Positions 50,068 through 63,899 of a DNA stretch of 64,000 nt are shown here, in pieces. Under the pieces are notes generated by a model. It saw only the letters and a list, made by a program, of their open reading frames with translations. It was not told the origin of the DNA and searched no databases. The first letter of the stretch is position 1; the number at the start of each line of letters is the position of its first letter. Location: contig NIVC01001264.1 in the NCBI GenBank assembly GCA_002269645.1, positions 62,001 through 126,000 of the forward strand. Direction: 5' to 3'. The translations under genes and the position numbers were made by a program. This DNA is from Macrostomum lignano. Taxonomy: Eukaryota.

Positions 50068-50528
50068 ATATAAAGAAATTATTCACAACTGACTTGTATT
50101 AAATTATCCATACGTTTAATAACACTGTGCCTCTCTATACCCGTATTTCTATTCGACATCGCCGACACTTTTGTTCTGACACTTTTAATCCCAGAGCAAA
50201 AAATTGTCTATGGCCATAAACTCCCCACCCCAAGAAGTTCTTCCAAGGCTGCGTGTTATTAATGTCTCTCCAGACCATAGACTACTAGTCTATAGGGAAA
50301 CACTAGTCAATGCACTCATCAGCAGTCGGGATGCTTGATATTGTATTATCGACTGTTAGGGCCCAGTCACAGATTCTGTGGGCCCAGTCTAACCCCAGTT
50401 CAAAACATTCCTAACCGAAGTAAGGTTTAGCCATAGACAAAATTATCCTCAGTCTGAATTGAAGTTCCGCTAGTTTTTTTAGAACTGGAATTTGATCAAA
50501 ATTGAATGTGAAAATGTGTATTACCATT

Positions 50529-51033
50529 AGCAGCTTCAAGCACAACTTTGGTGTCATTTAAAAACGGTAAAATCTCTTCTTTCCAATGACTTCAGTCCGC
50601 GTGCATTTTGGTCATTTCATTCTAAAATTATATGAATGAAAAATCATAAGAATGCCACTGATAGTCTTAAATTAGTCAAGTGTTTTGATTTTTTGTCATT
50701 ATTGACACCATCATGAGTATGAAATCGAAAGAAGGCCAAAGGCACGGAATGCTCAAGCGATGGGAAAATTATGTTGCTACAGGTGGAGACTATGCTGAGA
50801 AGGCTGCCTTGAAGGTTGATGATGATGATGAATGACCAAAATTCGTTTCTTTGAGGACAAAACATCGCTTTTTATATTTTTTTAAAACTTTTACTATAAG
50901 ACTATCAGTGGCATTTTGATGGTTTTTCACACACAACTTTTGAATGAAATGACCAAAACACACGCGACTGAATTCGTTAGAAAGAAGAGATGTGCCTCTT
51001 CAAAATGACACCAAAGTTGTGCTTGAAGCTGCT
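50529..51033. mobile_element. MITE-like element with ~110-bp imperfect TIRs and an inner inverted repeat
   Basis: AGCAGCTTCAAGCACAACTTTGGTGTCATTT mirrored at the right; GAATGCCACTGATAGTCTTA inverted near 50897. Confidence 0.72.
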
Positions 51034-51509
51034 GCTGTTTTTGCTCTGGGATTAAAAGTGTCAGAACTTTCCGGACAGCTCTCGTAACACAGAAAAATTT
51101 GTGTTCAATAATTTCACGCTTTTATGTACGCTCGTAATGATAAAATATTACGCAGATTCCACTATTCCGCTAGAATAGCAAGCGATGACTCTCTGGTTAA
51201 ATGAAAAAATCTATATTACACAAACAGTCTTTTGGCAATTATGAATTCTTTAATTGCATTGCGCTTTAATATGAGAAACGTAAAGTTTATCTCAAGCTTT
51301 TCAAAAGTATCGCAACATATTTTGAACACATACTTTTTATTGTGCATTAATAATTATGCGTAGTTTTATATGGCTAACTAAATAAAAAATCCATATTTGT
51401 TTGAATTTTGACAAATAATAAACAAACCGGTTCGTGAATTCAGCCGACTGTTACGGTTTTAGAAAATTTTCGGTCAAAATTCGAACACACCCGTACGTAC
51501 GGATTGCAT

Positions 51510-52446
51510 TCAGTCAGTGGGCACGTCTAGCTTTTTGATAGCTGTTGCCTGGATGGTAGCTCGGTATTGCCTGCAGAATTCTTCCAGACGATCGTCCGAA
51601 CCGATCGCAGCCGCCTGCTTGGCCTCGTTGACCTGGGCAGCCTGGCGGAGGACGTCCTCTAGCGGTGTTCGTTCTACCCGGCACACCTTGATTAGTGGCG
51701 CCACGGTGATGCAGGTGGCGCACTGATGAGCGAGCTCGTTGAACAGCCTGACGGCCACTTCGTGATTTCTGGTCGGATAGGCGTACTTTACTAAAACTCG
51801 GTCGCATATTTTACTGCCGGGTATGGGCCTGTTATCCTGAGATGGAATGTGAGCATGCGGGGATCTATTAGAATCGAGATAAAACAAATCAGTATATTCA
51901 TATAAATTATGTTATTTGATGGCCACACATGATTTAGCTCTGCGGCGCTAAAATGAGTAATGAGTACTTGTGGCGCCAAAACGAGTGTCTGCGGCGCCAA
52001 AATGAGTGCCTGCGGCGCCAAAATGAGTGCCTGCGGCGCTAAAATGAGTGCCTGTGGCGCCAAAATGAGTGTCTGCGGCGCCAAAATGAGTGCCTGCGGC
52101 GCTAAAATGAGTGCCTGTGGCGCTAAAATTAGTACTTGCGGCACCAAAATGAGTGTCTGTGGCGCTAAAATGAGTGCCTGCAGCGCTGAAATGAGTACTG
52201 ATAGCAAAAGAAGTCTGACTTGCAATAACACACCTGATCGTGCTGCCTCGGACGGAGCAACCGAAATGTGCAGGCACACTTGTTCTGCATCGTCTCCAGA
52301 CGCCTATCAGCAATGCTGCCATCGGGTTCGAATAGCTGCAGGGTGACACTTCGAGGCACAACTAACACGGCCGATGTAACTCGGTCTGACGAGCAGCAAC
52401 TGCTGGCTAGTTGCAGTCTGTCACCGCAGCTGTCGCTTGCTGACAT
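51510..52446 (-). CDS. Possible two-exon hypothetical protein (~179 aa)
   Basis: Two GC-rich open segments (52446-52234 and 51836-51510) joined in phase 0 by CAG|GTGTGT and CTCAG|GAT, separated by a minisatellite-filled gap like the introns of the other genes; no family recognised. Confidence 0.35.
51940..52200. repeat. 21-bp minisatellite (AAAATGAGTGCCTGCGGCGCC); same unit at ~22800-22945 and ~58875-58910
   Basis: Visible at three loci. Confidence 0.88.
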
Positions 52447-52694
52447 TTTGATTCTCTTGTCTGGCGCACTTTAGATTATATCTGTCTGCTGGGGTGATGG
52501 AAGTTAAGGATGCCTGCTGTGGGTAGGTAAGAACAATTTTACGAGTATGCATATGACATGCATATGATAGACATATTTCTGGAGACTCTTATGGTCATAG
52601 ACAAATTCAAGCCAATATTTTTGCTGGTGATTAATTCTGCGCTTTTTACGAGAGCTAGATCTACTACCTGAAAAAAGTTATATAGAACCCTCAG

Positions 52695-54933
52695 TGTAAG
52701 TGGGATACATTGTCCAGATGTATTGAAGGTTTTACAAGTATGACATGACATACAAAATAATTACAAGTGTATAGTGCATATACATTTTCCCGTAAAGATC
52801 GAGCTTCGGTTTGTAACGGCTATTGTAAGAAAGACCGGAGTGTACTGGGACTAAAAGGTGGAGCCTTGCCAGGTGGGCTGTTCGATATTTATTTTCAGAC
52901 GATGCATAATAGTCACGCCACCAGAGTGGGGGTGGAGAATCACCGTATTTAAGGTGCATGAATTGTACGTAATGTACGCAAGGCCGATGTACTATATAAA
53001 TTAGGGCTCACGTGAGCACTACATCTCTCCACGCGCGGATTAGTGATAAGTGGATAGTACAAAAAGTACATTGTCAAAGTCTGCTGCTGCCAAGCAATCA
53101 CTGAGACTCAATGTCTCCTGAGGTCCGGCTCCTTGTGGCTCTTGGCCCCGTCTTTGGGCCTGGCGCGGGTACGGCAAGTGGTCTCGCCGCGCTGAATGAC
53201 AAGGGCATCTCTATGGACCTCGGCCACAGTCCACAGTACGGTTTCAAAGAAGGTGTTCGTTTTTTTCGGTGCTGCTGGCACCATAGGACGCGGTCACCTG
53301 ATTGGATTTGATGGTCAGCAGCTCGTTCTCAATGGTCGCGGTAGTTCTCATCCATCTCTTTGGCCTTCCGATCCGTTCCGGCTCTGGCGGCCCGCGTCGC
53401 TTTCACAGGTCGCGAGTGGTGAAGACTGGGAATTGCGTCATTGACTTGGCGTCCGAAGAGTAGGTTTGCCGGGGCGACTCGGTTGTCAGTTGACACCTTG
53501 AGCGGCTGGCCGAAGATGCTATTAAACCACCGTTTGAGCACGCGTGTGGTGGCGGCGACCGTTGCGTCTGCCATAACTTCAACCAGCGCTAATCGAGAAA
53601 AGTGGTCGGTACTGAAAAGTAGCGACTTTCCTTTGACGGGCTCCAGAAAGTCAAGCTGGCCGAGATCGAGCCACGGCCCATCCGGCAGATCCGTCAGCTT
53701 CAAGGGCGTTGCCTTCGTAGTTGCGTCGCTGTTGCAGGCCGCGCAGCTGATGCAGGCGGCAACATGAGTCTCCATTGCCGAGCGCATGCCGGGCCACCAG
53801 ACCTTTGATTGCAGGCGGTCCAGTGTCTTCCGCATGCCTTGGTGTCCTTGATGGGCCAGTTGAAGGCACCGGAACCGCAGCACTGCAGGCACGAACAGCT
53901 GGCTGCCGCGCAATAGGAGGCCGTCGTGCTTCGACAGCTCATGCCCGACGCCTCGGATGTCCTTCAGATCCGCGTCCTTGGAGTCCCAGCTGCTGCTGCG
54001 GATGGCACGGCGGGGGCAGCCTGCACTGTCTGGTCCTGCTCCGAAGCCGCCTTGATCGCTGATATGCTGAGAGACACAGGAGTGGCTGCCTGGACGGCCA
54101 TAGCAACGAACGCTGCGTCGGCCCGCTCGCCTCCGTTGTTTGGCGGCAGCGGTAGCGGTTGCCGGCTGAGCACGTCAGACGGGTTTCCGGCTCCGGGCTG
54201 GTAAACGACGCTGAAGGCAAGGTCCTGCAGTCAGAGAGCCATGCATTCTATTCTGGGCGGCGGCCGAGAGACATTGAGCTGAACGTCGAGACGAGCGGTC
54301 TGTGGTCCGTTATGACTTTAAAGTGCTCACAGTCGCTGAAGATAATAATGAAATTTTAGGAAGCAATACTTTACTGCGAGTGCCTCGCGCTCGGACTGCG
54401 AGTACCGCTGCTCGGTGGCGCTGAGGCTGCGGCTCGCGTAGGCCACCGGTCGAGTCGAACCATCAGGCTGTACTTGGGCTAGGATGGACTGGCTTCGACA
54501 ATCAGCCGGGACTGCAGGTCTGGCTACTGCATGGCTATCGTGCGCTTGATGTCGATGAAAGCTGCTTCTTGATGGTCGCCCCCATGTCCACTCTACCACC
54601 CCGTGCTTTTTCAGGTCTCGAAGCGGCCGTGCCCTGTCGGACAGGTTTTTAATGAAGCGAGCGACAACGGTTGCTGACCATTTTTGGGTCTTCTCAATTG
54701 CTTAGTGATGCTGGGGGCAGCAGTTGCAAGGCCATGGTTCGCTCTTGCGACGTATGCCAATGTACTATGGCTATGGTAAGAAAGGCCCGGAGTGTACTGA
54801 GACGAAAAGGTGGAGCATGAATTGTACGATACGTACTGTACATGTAAATTACTCGTACATTATAAACCGGCGCATTCAGCCGACGTATGACGTCGTTATC
54901 CGTCGATTAAATGTATGAGAGCACATAGCTACA
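52695..54933 (-). mobile_element. Degenerate, internally deleted Ty3/Gypsy element (RT end, RNase H, integrase), with diverged LTR-like flanks
   Basis: RFIKNLSDRARPLRDL; VAYASRSLSATEQRYSQSEREALAV; YQPGAGNPSDVLSR; HQGHQG...VWWPGM...CISC; integrase core collapsed (STDN directly to PANLLFGR); GGAGAGA purine tract before TGTAGTG at 53023; shared GGCTAT.GTAAGAAAG.CCGGAGTGTACTG at ~52815 and ~54770. Confidence 0.82.
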
Positions 54934-55684
54934 TGTAACATTGTATATATAAATATTTAATTTGTCATGGAATTCGATCGCTGACGTCGGGAACATCGCG
55001 TCGGCCAGACGTTGCTGTACGGTTTTCCATGTTCGGTCTTTTGAAGTTTCAAATTCTTGTGAAATACATTTAGGATGTTTCGACGTTAGGAAATTTCGGT
55101 CTTTACATACATTAAAGCATTAAAGCACCCCCCCAGAAATAAACATTGCTATGTCGAATATTTTTTAATAATAAGCAGGCGTTCTTAGAGAGACTATGTT
55201 GTTGACTGCCAAGCCAAATTACTATAGCAGTGGATTTGGAGTTCTGAAAAATTCTAGCCCTTGGTAGGCTGAACGTGGGAGAACGAGTTCGTTTTATGTA
55301 CGTGTACATGTAACAATCAATAAGTGCTTTAAAATTCATTTCCATATACTAAAATTTTTTATCTATAACCATAAAAATTAGCTTGAAATAAACATAAATT
55401 AAACAATATTTAATATGCATGTACATGTAGATTCATTTTTATCACAGGGTGGTATCATTTTACATATATAACAAAAGACAAATACAATAACGGCAAGGAG
55501 GAAGAAGCATCCAAATTAAAGGCTATAATTATAAAGCACAAAAACAGTTTCAATAGAAGATCATGTAAAAAACTTTCTGAGGATCTGCATGCACTATCAA
55601 GAAGAAAAATCAAGAAAATAAACCTTTTGAACAGGAAGTAGTCTGTGTCATTGTCTAAACCATGAATAATTATCTGCGCGAAAA

Positions 55685-55870
55685 TGACTGCAGGCAAACG
55701 TTTGCGGGCATTCTGCAGGCAAACGTCTGCGGGCAAACGATTGCAAACGTCTCCGGGGGCAAATTACGTCTACAATGTATAGGCAAAACGTCTGCGGGCA
55801 AACGTCTGCAGGCTAACGTCTGCGGGCAAACGTCTGCAGGCTAACGTCTGCGGGCAAACGTCTGTGGGCT
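55685..55870. repeat. 14/28-bp minisatellite (GCAAACGTCTGCGG / GCTAACGTCTGCAG)
   Basis: Visible. Confidence 0.8.
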
Positions 55871-56348
55871 AACTTCCCGAGAGAATGTTTTATTGGGCTG
55901 TCGTCGTTAGGCCCCTATTGCCGATACCTCGAATGAGGAATAAATCATGAATATGCTTTTAGTTCACTGTAATTTTGTCCCAGAAGAGTACATTTTAATT
56001 CAAGCTGAAAACTAAGCTAGTTCGATAATGCAGTCTTTTAAAAATTGTTGAATGATGCTGATGCCTAATTGTTAACTTTGATGTCACTTTTGATAAAACC
56101 GCAAAAAAGTAAAATTACGAGTGTGTCGAAAGATTCAAAACTGGGCGAAAATGCACGTGCGTGCACGTGGATTCTCCATTCCAAGAAAGGAAAGATTTAG
56201 GCCTATTGCAATTGCAATTACCATGCGCATCAGCGCATGAGATCAGTCTGTGTCGTAGGATTACGTTTCAATTAATTTAACGCAACCTGTGTCAAACCTG
56301 TCCCAAAATCTCGAAGAAGCAAATAATTGTGCGCTACGAGTTCTAGCT

Positions 56349-59300
56349 ATGGCGTCTATTTCTTCGATCCAAATTAAAATTGGAGTAATCACAAGTAAGA
56401 ATTTTTAGTATTTATACTTATAGGATTAAACGTCAAGGAATACTATCAGTACTAGACAGACCGTCTAGGATTTTGTTGCATACAAGTTTGACAATCTTTT
56501 ACCTACACAAATTTTCTTCCAAAAACAGCATCTTATGAATTATCTTTGGTTAGATAGATCTTAGATAGGCCCTAAGCCCAGTGGCCAGCCAGGCCTAGGC
56601 CTAGTAAATAAGATATTTTTAGTAGAATATTGAATATCATTATAATATAGTATATACCCATTACCCATATTTTCTAAAAAATTCTAGGCCTAACATTTAT
56701 AAAGGCCCTATACTATATATTTAGAATAGGGGCCTATCTCCCTCAATTAGCTTACAAAATATTTTGAGAGTTCTTTTGATATATCCATTGATGTATAATT
56801 AAATTTGTAAAAATAAAAATGCTATATAAAATATATATATGTAAATACATATATTATATACATACATATATATATATATATGTATATACATACATATATA
56901 TATGTATGTATTTACATACATATATTAAATATATAGGCCTATTAAATATTAAATATATATAAATACATAAGATTTAATTGATATAAACTTTTGGGACTTC
57001 TTGAACTTTAGGTATTTAAAATACTTCCAATTTTCCGATTTATCTAAAACTTTTGCCAGAGTCTTGGAGCTTGGAGGCTGTCCAAAATGATAAATAAAGA
57101 AATAAAACTGCAAAAAATTAACAGGAACTCAATTTGTTAATATTGTATGTTAGTTTTGGAGAATTATATATTTGAAATTAAACTTTTAGAATCATGACTT
57201 TTAAAGGTAAATATTTTCCATAGTTAAATAAATTCATTCTAAGAAACATTTAGATGGTTAGATTTTAACTCCAATAAAAAGAGTGTCTATTCTAATTTTT
57301 CTTCACTTAGTTTGTTATAGTGCAGTGAGAGTGCCACATCAAATTAGTGTTTTTAAAAATGCTGATCATGGTTTGCCACTGCACTCATCTCTTTCTTTTG
57401 ATTTGCTATCATTCTCTCATTGTTGTGACTAGCTGTACATTCTTTACTTGTTTACCTATACATAATTTCTACTAAGTTGCATTGTTGTATCTATTCTAAA
57501 AGATAACTACAGCTACTAATATCAATTAGATTGATAAGATTATAATTTTTTTCTCTATGGAGGTATTTAATAACTTGTTGAATTTTTAATTCAAGCTGCA
57601 TTACAATTTTTCCCCTGGACACTCTTAGTTTCCAAATTTATCTACCTAATCTAAAATAGACCCCTATGCATCTATTGAAGTTTAAGTACATAAAATATAT
57701 CCTCATGAAGATTCTCCCTATCCTGAAACCCTCCCATTCCCCATGCCCTGGTTTTTAGTAGTTGTCAGCCCTCCTATCTCCACCTCCCATCCCAAGACTT
57801 GCCTTCTCCCCTTAGCCTCTAAATTTATCTACCTAATCTTCAATAGATCTCCATGCCTCTATTGAAGTTTAGGTACATAAAATCATTCTTTATGAAGATT
57901 TTCCCAACCTAAACCCCCCCCCCATTTCCCATGCCCCAGTGGTTGGCTTTAAGCTACAAAAAATGAAGTTCAAATTTGAAATCAGCACTCATCAAAAACC
58001 TTTTTAGAGACAAAAATAACTGAACTATTTATTAATTCATTTATTCAGGGCACAAAATTATGATCTTATCAAAACTACAACTATTTTATCTACCTAAAGT
58101 TCAAGAAGTCCAACTTTTGTACGATCTATAATAATTTATATTTAAGATGCCCATCTAGTCTCAAATGTGCATCATATATGCAAATATTATTTGGTCCGCA
58201 TACTTTACACTAGGGGCCTAGGGTTGGGTCTCCCTAAAACATGCCCTGCGTCGCCCCAAACTGCTACACATTATAACAAATTTGGCTATAACTGAAGACA
58301 TTTCAAAGTTAGTTAGTTCTCTGTTAAGCTTCAAGTTTGTATCAAGTTTAGTTTTTTTCACTATGAAATATACAATTTGGTGAATGATATGTGATATTAA
58401 TTGTAATATTAGTAAAATAATAACACTATAATTTTATAATAAAAATGAGAAAATGAAAAATAATGCTATTATTTAGAATGATAATTGAATTTATTTATTC
58501 CATTACTCTTATAACAAATACTTTTCTCTGCAATCAAATACTGCATTGACAAAAAATGTTATAATGTGTAGCAGTCGGGGCAGTGCGGGGCATGTTTTAG
58601 GGAGACCCCTAGGGTTAAATATTTATTGACAAACAAAATGTTTAAGACTATTAATTATCAATTAATAGATATAATTTTCATAGGTATAGAAACAGGGGGG
58701 AGGGGGCTTGGGGCAATGCCCCCCTCCCATTTTTTTTAAAATGGGGGGCCAATAATGGAATTTAGCCCCTCTATATTTTAAATGTAAAATGTAGACTTCT
58801 TGCTTATTTTTGGTTTTTGCTACTTTGCATTAATACATTTTGCTGTAGGGCAACAAAACATAGCGCTTGTAATGCCAAAATGAGTGCCTGCTGCACTAAA
58901 ATGAGTGCCTCGTGTGCCAGTGACCCAGGCTCAATTCCAAGTGCAGTCACATTAATTTGGGGCTAAATTGGTATCTCGGCTTGGCTCTGCTTGTGCAATT
59001 AACGGCCTTGAGAGCCAACCCCCCAAGGCATAGTGAAGTGTACATGCCTAATGATAAATAAAGTTAGGGCCGCTGTATACTCCTGTGTGAGTGTGTGCCT
59101 GCGTACGTATCCGCGCGCTTGTGTGCCTGCTCAGGGGAGTTGGCGGAATGGGCAGTAATGCCTCTTGCCAGTTGTGTGCCTATGTCGCTTAAAGTGAGCC
59201 AGGGTGCACACCCCCTGCCTCTAATAAAAAAATACATAGCCAGTGTAAATTAGGGGGAGGGGTGCATATGTTTGATCCATAAAATCTATAAGCATATTAT

Positions 59301-62300
59301 TAGTTTTGAATAAAAGTTTAGAAATTATAAAATTTTAAAACTGATTAAAAACTTTTTGCAAGAGATGCCAAAAATATTTATTGTTTTGTCTATTTGATTT
59401 CTTTGTTAGCAATGTTTGCTTTATTAGTTACTAAAATATTCCTTGACATTGTATTGATTTAAGTATTCTTATTTTTTTATTCATATAAGTTAAGTTTTAA
59501 AATCATTTTACCTAATATTTATACTTCAAAATTAAAATTTTAGTTAGTGATACTGCTTATAAAAGCCCCCATGCTGACAAGAGTGGCCCTCAGCTTGTTC
59601 ATTTGGTATCTAAAAGGTAAATTCTTATTATTTAACTTTGATCCAACTTAATTAAGGTGATAACACAACAACATTAATGTTCAATTTAATAATTATTTCA
59701 GCCAGTACTTTCATACAAATCCAGACAATATCTTCCAAGTTATTGTTCCTGATGAAACCCAGATGATAGAGGTAAGAAATTCATTTTTGAGTCTTTCAAC
59801 ATGCAATAGAATTATATATTTTATATTAATTGGCAAATTTGTTTTATTCCTAATACACAAACAGGAACAACTGAAAACATTTTCTGATGCTTTTCACTGT
59901 GATGTCATCCTAACTACTGGTGGCACTGGATTTACACCTCGCGATGTTACTCCTGAGGTGAATATGCTCTAAAAGCTATTTATTATAATAGGCCTAGTTC
60001 TAAACTTAAGAATGGTTAACTTGATAAATTAATAAAGGCATTTGCTATAATATTCAAGAGTAGCACCAAACAACTGAAACACCAGTTGTGGTAGCACCAT
60101 CAAACAACTGAAAGACCAGTTTTGCCACAAATAAGCGGCATTACAATTATTAATCCAGGCCACATCCAGAGTTTTGGACAGGCGGGCGGACGGCCTGTCG
60201 ACAGCCTTGCTGTTGAAGTCGCTCGAGTCAACGCCGTACGCTGTGCTGTCTCGCGGTGTGTCCGGAATGCGCGGCCAAACTTTGATTGTCAATCTACCTG
60301 GCAGTCAGAAAGCTGTTGACGAGTGTTTTGCCGTCCTGGAACCGGTACTAGCGCACGCTGTTAAACAGCTTCAAGGTCGCATTGTTGAGGTCAAAGCGGA
60401 GCACGTTGAGATGCAGCAGTCGGCGCATTGTAAGTAAATACACCCACCTCTCTCCATGTGCTTCCACCCTGCCCCAATTGACACCTACCTCACTCCATGT
60501 GCCTCCACCCTGCCCCAATTGACACCTACCTCACTCCATGTGCCTCCACCCTGCCCCAATTGACACCCACCTCACTCCATGTACACCCACCCTGCCCCAA
60601 TTGACACCCACCTCACTCCATGTGCACCCATCCTGCCCCAATTGACGCCCACTTCAATCCATATGCTTCCACCCTGCCCCAATTGACACCCACTTCAATC
60701 CATGTGCTTCCACCCTGCCCCAATACACCCACCTCAATCCATGTGCCTCCACCCTGCCCCAATTGACACCCACCTCACTTCATGTGCACCCACCCTGCCG
60801 CAATTAACACCCACCTCACTCAATGTGCACCTACCCGGGCCGCAATTAACACCCACCTCACTTAATGTGCACCCACCCGGGCCGCAATTAACACCCACCT
60901 CACTCCATGTGAAACTACCCTGCTCCAATTTACATCCACCTCACTCCATGTGCCCCTATTCGAGCTATTATTTGCACTCATCTCACTCCATGCGTGCCTA
61001 CCTCGCACCTCGCAGCCAGGCACCATCTTCATCACCATCAGTCGGAGCCTCAGCAGCAGCACCATCACAGTCATCATCATCGCCATCATCACGGTCACTC
61101 GACTTCGCCCAGTCAGCAGCTGCAACAGGCGCTGACCAAGAGTCTGGTCAACGAGGCTCAAATCGCCAACAGGCCTCGCCAATCGCCCTATCCTCTCATC
61201 AGTGTTGACGAAGCTGTCTCCACCGTGCTGGATTCTGTTACATCTTTGCCAGCGGAGACTGTGAACTGCGCCACTGCCAGCGTACTTGGTCGAATTCTCG
61301 CCTCTGACGTCATCGCTAAAGAGCCTTTGCCGCCGTTTCGCGCCTCGGTTAAGGACGGCTACGCTGTGCGAGCTCGCGACGGGGCTGGTCGACGCCGGGT
61401 TGTCGACGTTGTCACGGCTGGAGATGAGGTGGGCGTTCACGTGTCTTATTAGTGTGCATTCACGTGTGTAATTAGTATGCATTCACGTATCCAATTAGTA
61501 TACATTAACGTGCCTATTAGTGTGCATTCACGTGTCTTATTAGTATGCATTCACGTGTCTAATAAGTGTTCATTCACGTGTCTAATTAGTGTGCATTCAC
61601 GTGTGTAATTAGTATGCATTCACGTGTCTAATAAGTATGCATTCACGTGTCTAATTAGTGTGCATTCACGTGTGTAATTAGTATGCATTCACGTGTGTAA
61701 TTAGTATGCATTCACGTGTCTAATAAGTATGCATTCACGTGTCTAATTAGTGTGCATTCACGTGTGTAATTAGTATGCATTCACGTGTGTAATTAGTATG
61801 CATTCACGTGTCTAATAAGTATGCATTCACGTGTCTAATTAGTATGCATTCACGTGTCTAATAAGTATGCATTCACGTGTGTGGACTCGCGTGTCTTAAA
61901 GCAGTTTTTCAAGTTTTATAATGTCTACAGATTAATAATCGTTGGTCCATTCAAACACAGCTGAAATCAGAAATCTCAATAATGTGATTATTAACCAGAC
62001 GCTATTTCTTCGACCTGTCCCCGTCTGCACAGAGTTCAGTTGTACTGCAGGCCCACTGCGCCATCCGAGTCAGCACCGGGGGACCCGTGCCCAGCGGCGC
62101 GGACGCCGTTGTCCAAGTTGAAGACACCAAACTAATCGAATCCAGTCCCGACCTGACCAAGGAACTCGTTATAGAAGTGTTGAAGCCGCCAGCTGAAGGT
62201 CAGGACATTCGACCGGTCGGTTCGGACATCGCGCTCGGCGCTAAAGTACTTGACGCCGGCGCTAAGATTGGACCATGCGAGCTGGGCATTCTGGCTTCTA

Positions 62301-63899
62301 TTGGCTGTTCGTTAGTGCCCGTGCACAAGCTGCCGACTGTTGGGGTGGCTTCTACTGGCAATGAGGTTTCAATTGTGCTTGGATGAATTTTCTTCAGTGC
62401 ACAACTCACTCCGCTGTACACCCACCCCACTCCACTGTACAACGGAGTGGGGTAGGTGTACAGTGGAGTGGGGTAGGTGTACACTCACCCCACTCCGCGT
62501 GCGCACCAACCTCACTAGGCTGAACACGCACCCGACTCAGCTACGTACCAACCTAACCCCGCTGCACACCAACCTCACTCCGATGTACACCCACACCACT
62601 CCACTGTACATCCACCCCACTCGACTGTACACCCACCCCACTCCTCTGCGCACCAAACTCACTCGACTATACACTCACCCCACTCCACTACGCACCAACC
62701 TCACTCCGTTAAACACCCACCCCACTTCGCTGTACACCCACCCGACTCCGCCATGCACCAACCTCACACCAATCTCACTCCGCTGTACACCCACCCCCTC
62801 CACTGTACAGCCACCCCACTCCACTGTACACCCACACCAATCCGGTGCGCACCAACCTCACTCCGCTTAACACCCGCCCCACCCGCCCCACTCCGCAATA
62901 CAGTTACTTGACCAGCAAACGAGAGTCCACTCCTCGCAGTTTTCTTTTTTGTTTTTGTCCAGAGACCCTTTTCTATCGTTCAAGTTGAATTGAGTCTACT
63001 AATAGTAGAATTTCACGGAAAATCACAATATACTAAAGTATTTTACTAATTTGCTGCTGCGTTTTTATTCTCACCTCTGAATAGCTGATGGAGCCATTCG
63101 GTGCTGGACTTGGCGGCGCAAAAATTCGCGACAGCAACCGCACCACGCTGCTAGCAATGCTGTCCTCGCATGGCTTCCCGGTTGTTGATCTGGGCATCAT
63201 TCCCGATAAGTGAGTTTTGCTGCTCTGATTTGTTCATGAAGTTTTAGTATGTTTCTGTGATACTCATGATACTTCTATGATACTATATCCACTCACTCAC
63301 TCACTCACTCACTCACTCACTCACTCACTCACTCACTTACGCACTCTCTCACTCACTTACGCACTCTCTCACTCACTCACTCACCCACTTACGCACTCTC
63401 TCACTCACTCACTCACCCACTCACTCACTCATTCACCCACTCACTCACTCACTCACCCACTCACTCACTCATTCACTCACTCACTCACTCACTCACTCAT
63501 TCACTCACTCACTCACTCACGCACTCACTCACTCACTCACTCACTCACTCACTCACTCACGCACTCACTCACTCACGCACTCACTCACTCACGCGCATGA
63601 TTATAATGAGCATGTTATAATTTTCAGGGCGGATTGCCTAGTGACAGCTTTTGAGAAAGCTATCAAGACCTGCCAAGTGATAGTCACTACTGGCGGTGTA
63701 TCCATGGGCGAAAGGGTGAGCTTCATCATTTCCATATCCAAAGATATTTCGTTTTGCAAAGTCTGCAAGATAAAAACAGCGTTGAAATTGCTGTTGACTT
63801 TCTATTTTTGTGAACAATTTTGTAGGATCTTGTAAAGCAAGTTTTAACAGCCGATTTCAATGCAACGCTACACTTTGCGCAGGTGCGAATGAAGCCAGG
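56349..63899 (+). CDS. GPHN: Gephyrin (MogA-like G domain, linker, MoeA-like E domain); ten exons seen, 3' end lies beyond the window
   Basis: Exons 56349-56394, 59544-59616, 59702-59771, 59865-59957, 60159-60429, 61016-61428, 62033-62365, 63085-63209, 63628-63715, 63826-63899 (GT-AG, phases consistent). Motifs [85 protein letters not shown]. Confidence 0.95.
60435..60960. repeat. ~38-bp minisatellite (CCACCCTGCCCCAATTGACACCCACCTCACTCCATGTG)
   Basis: Visible; GPHN intron 5. Confidence 0.88.
61435..61880. repeat. ~22-bp minisatellite (AGTATGCATTCACGTGTCTAAT)
   Basis: Visible; GPHN intron 6. Confidence 0.9.
62400..62900. repeat. Degenerate C-rich ~21-bp repeat (CCACTCCACTGTACACCCACC)
   Basis: Visible; GPHN intron 7. 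Confidence 0.75.
63285..63597. repeat. (CACT)n microsatellite
   Basis: Visible; GPHN intron 8. Confidence 0.93.

Noticed and set aside
60702-61482. 168-aa plus and 206-aa minus ORFs overlapping gephyrin exon 6
   Set aside because: Off-frame or antisense readings of the minisatellite plus the true exon.
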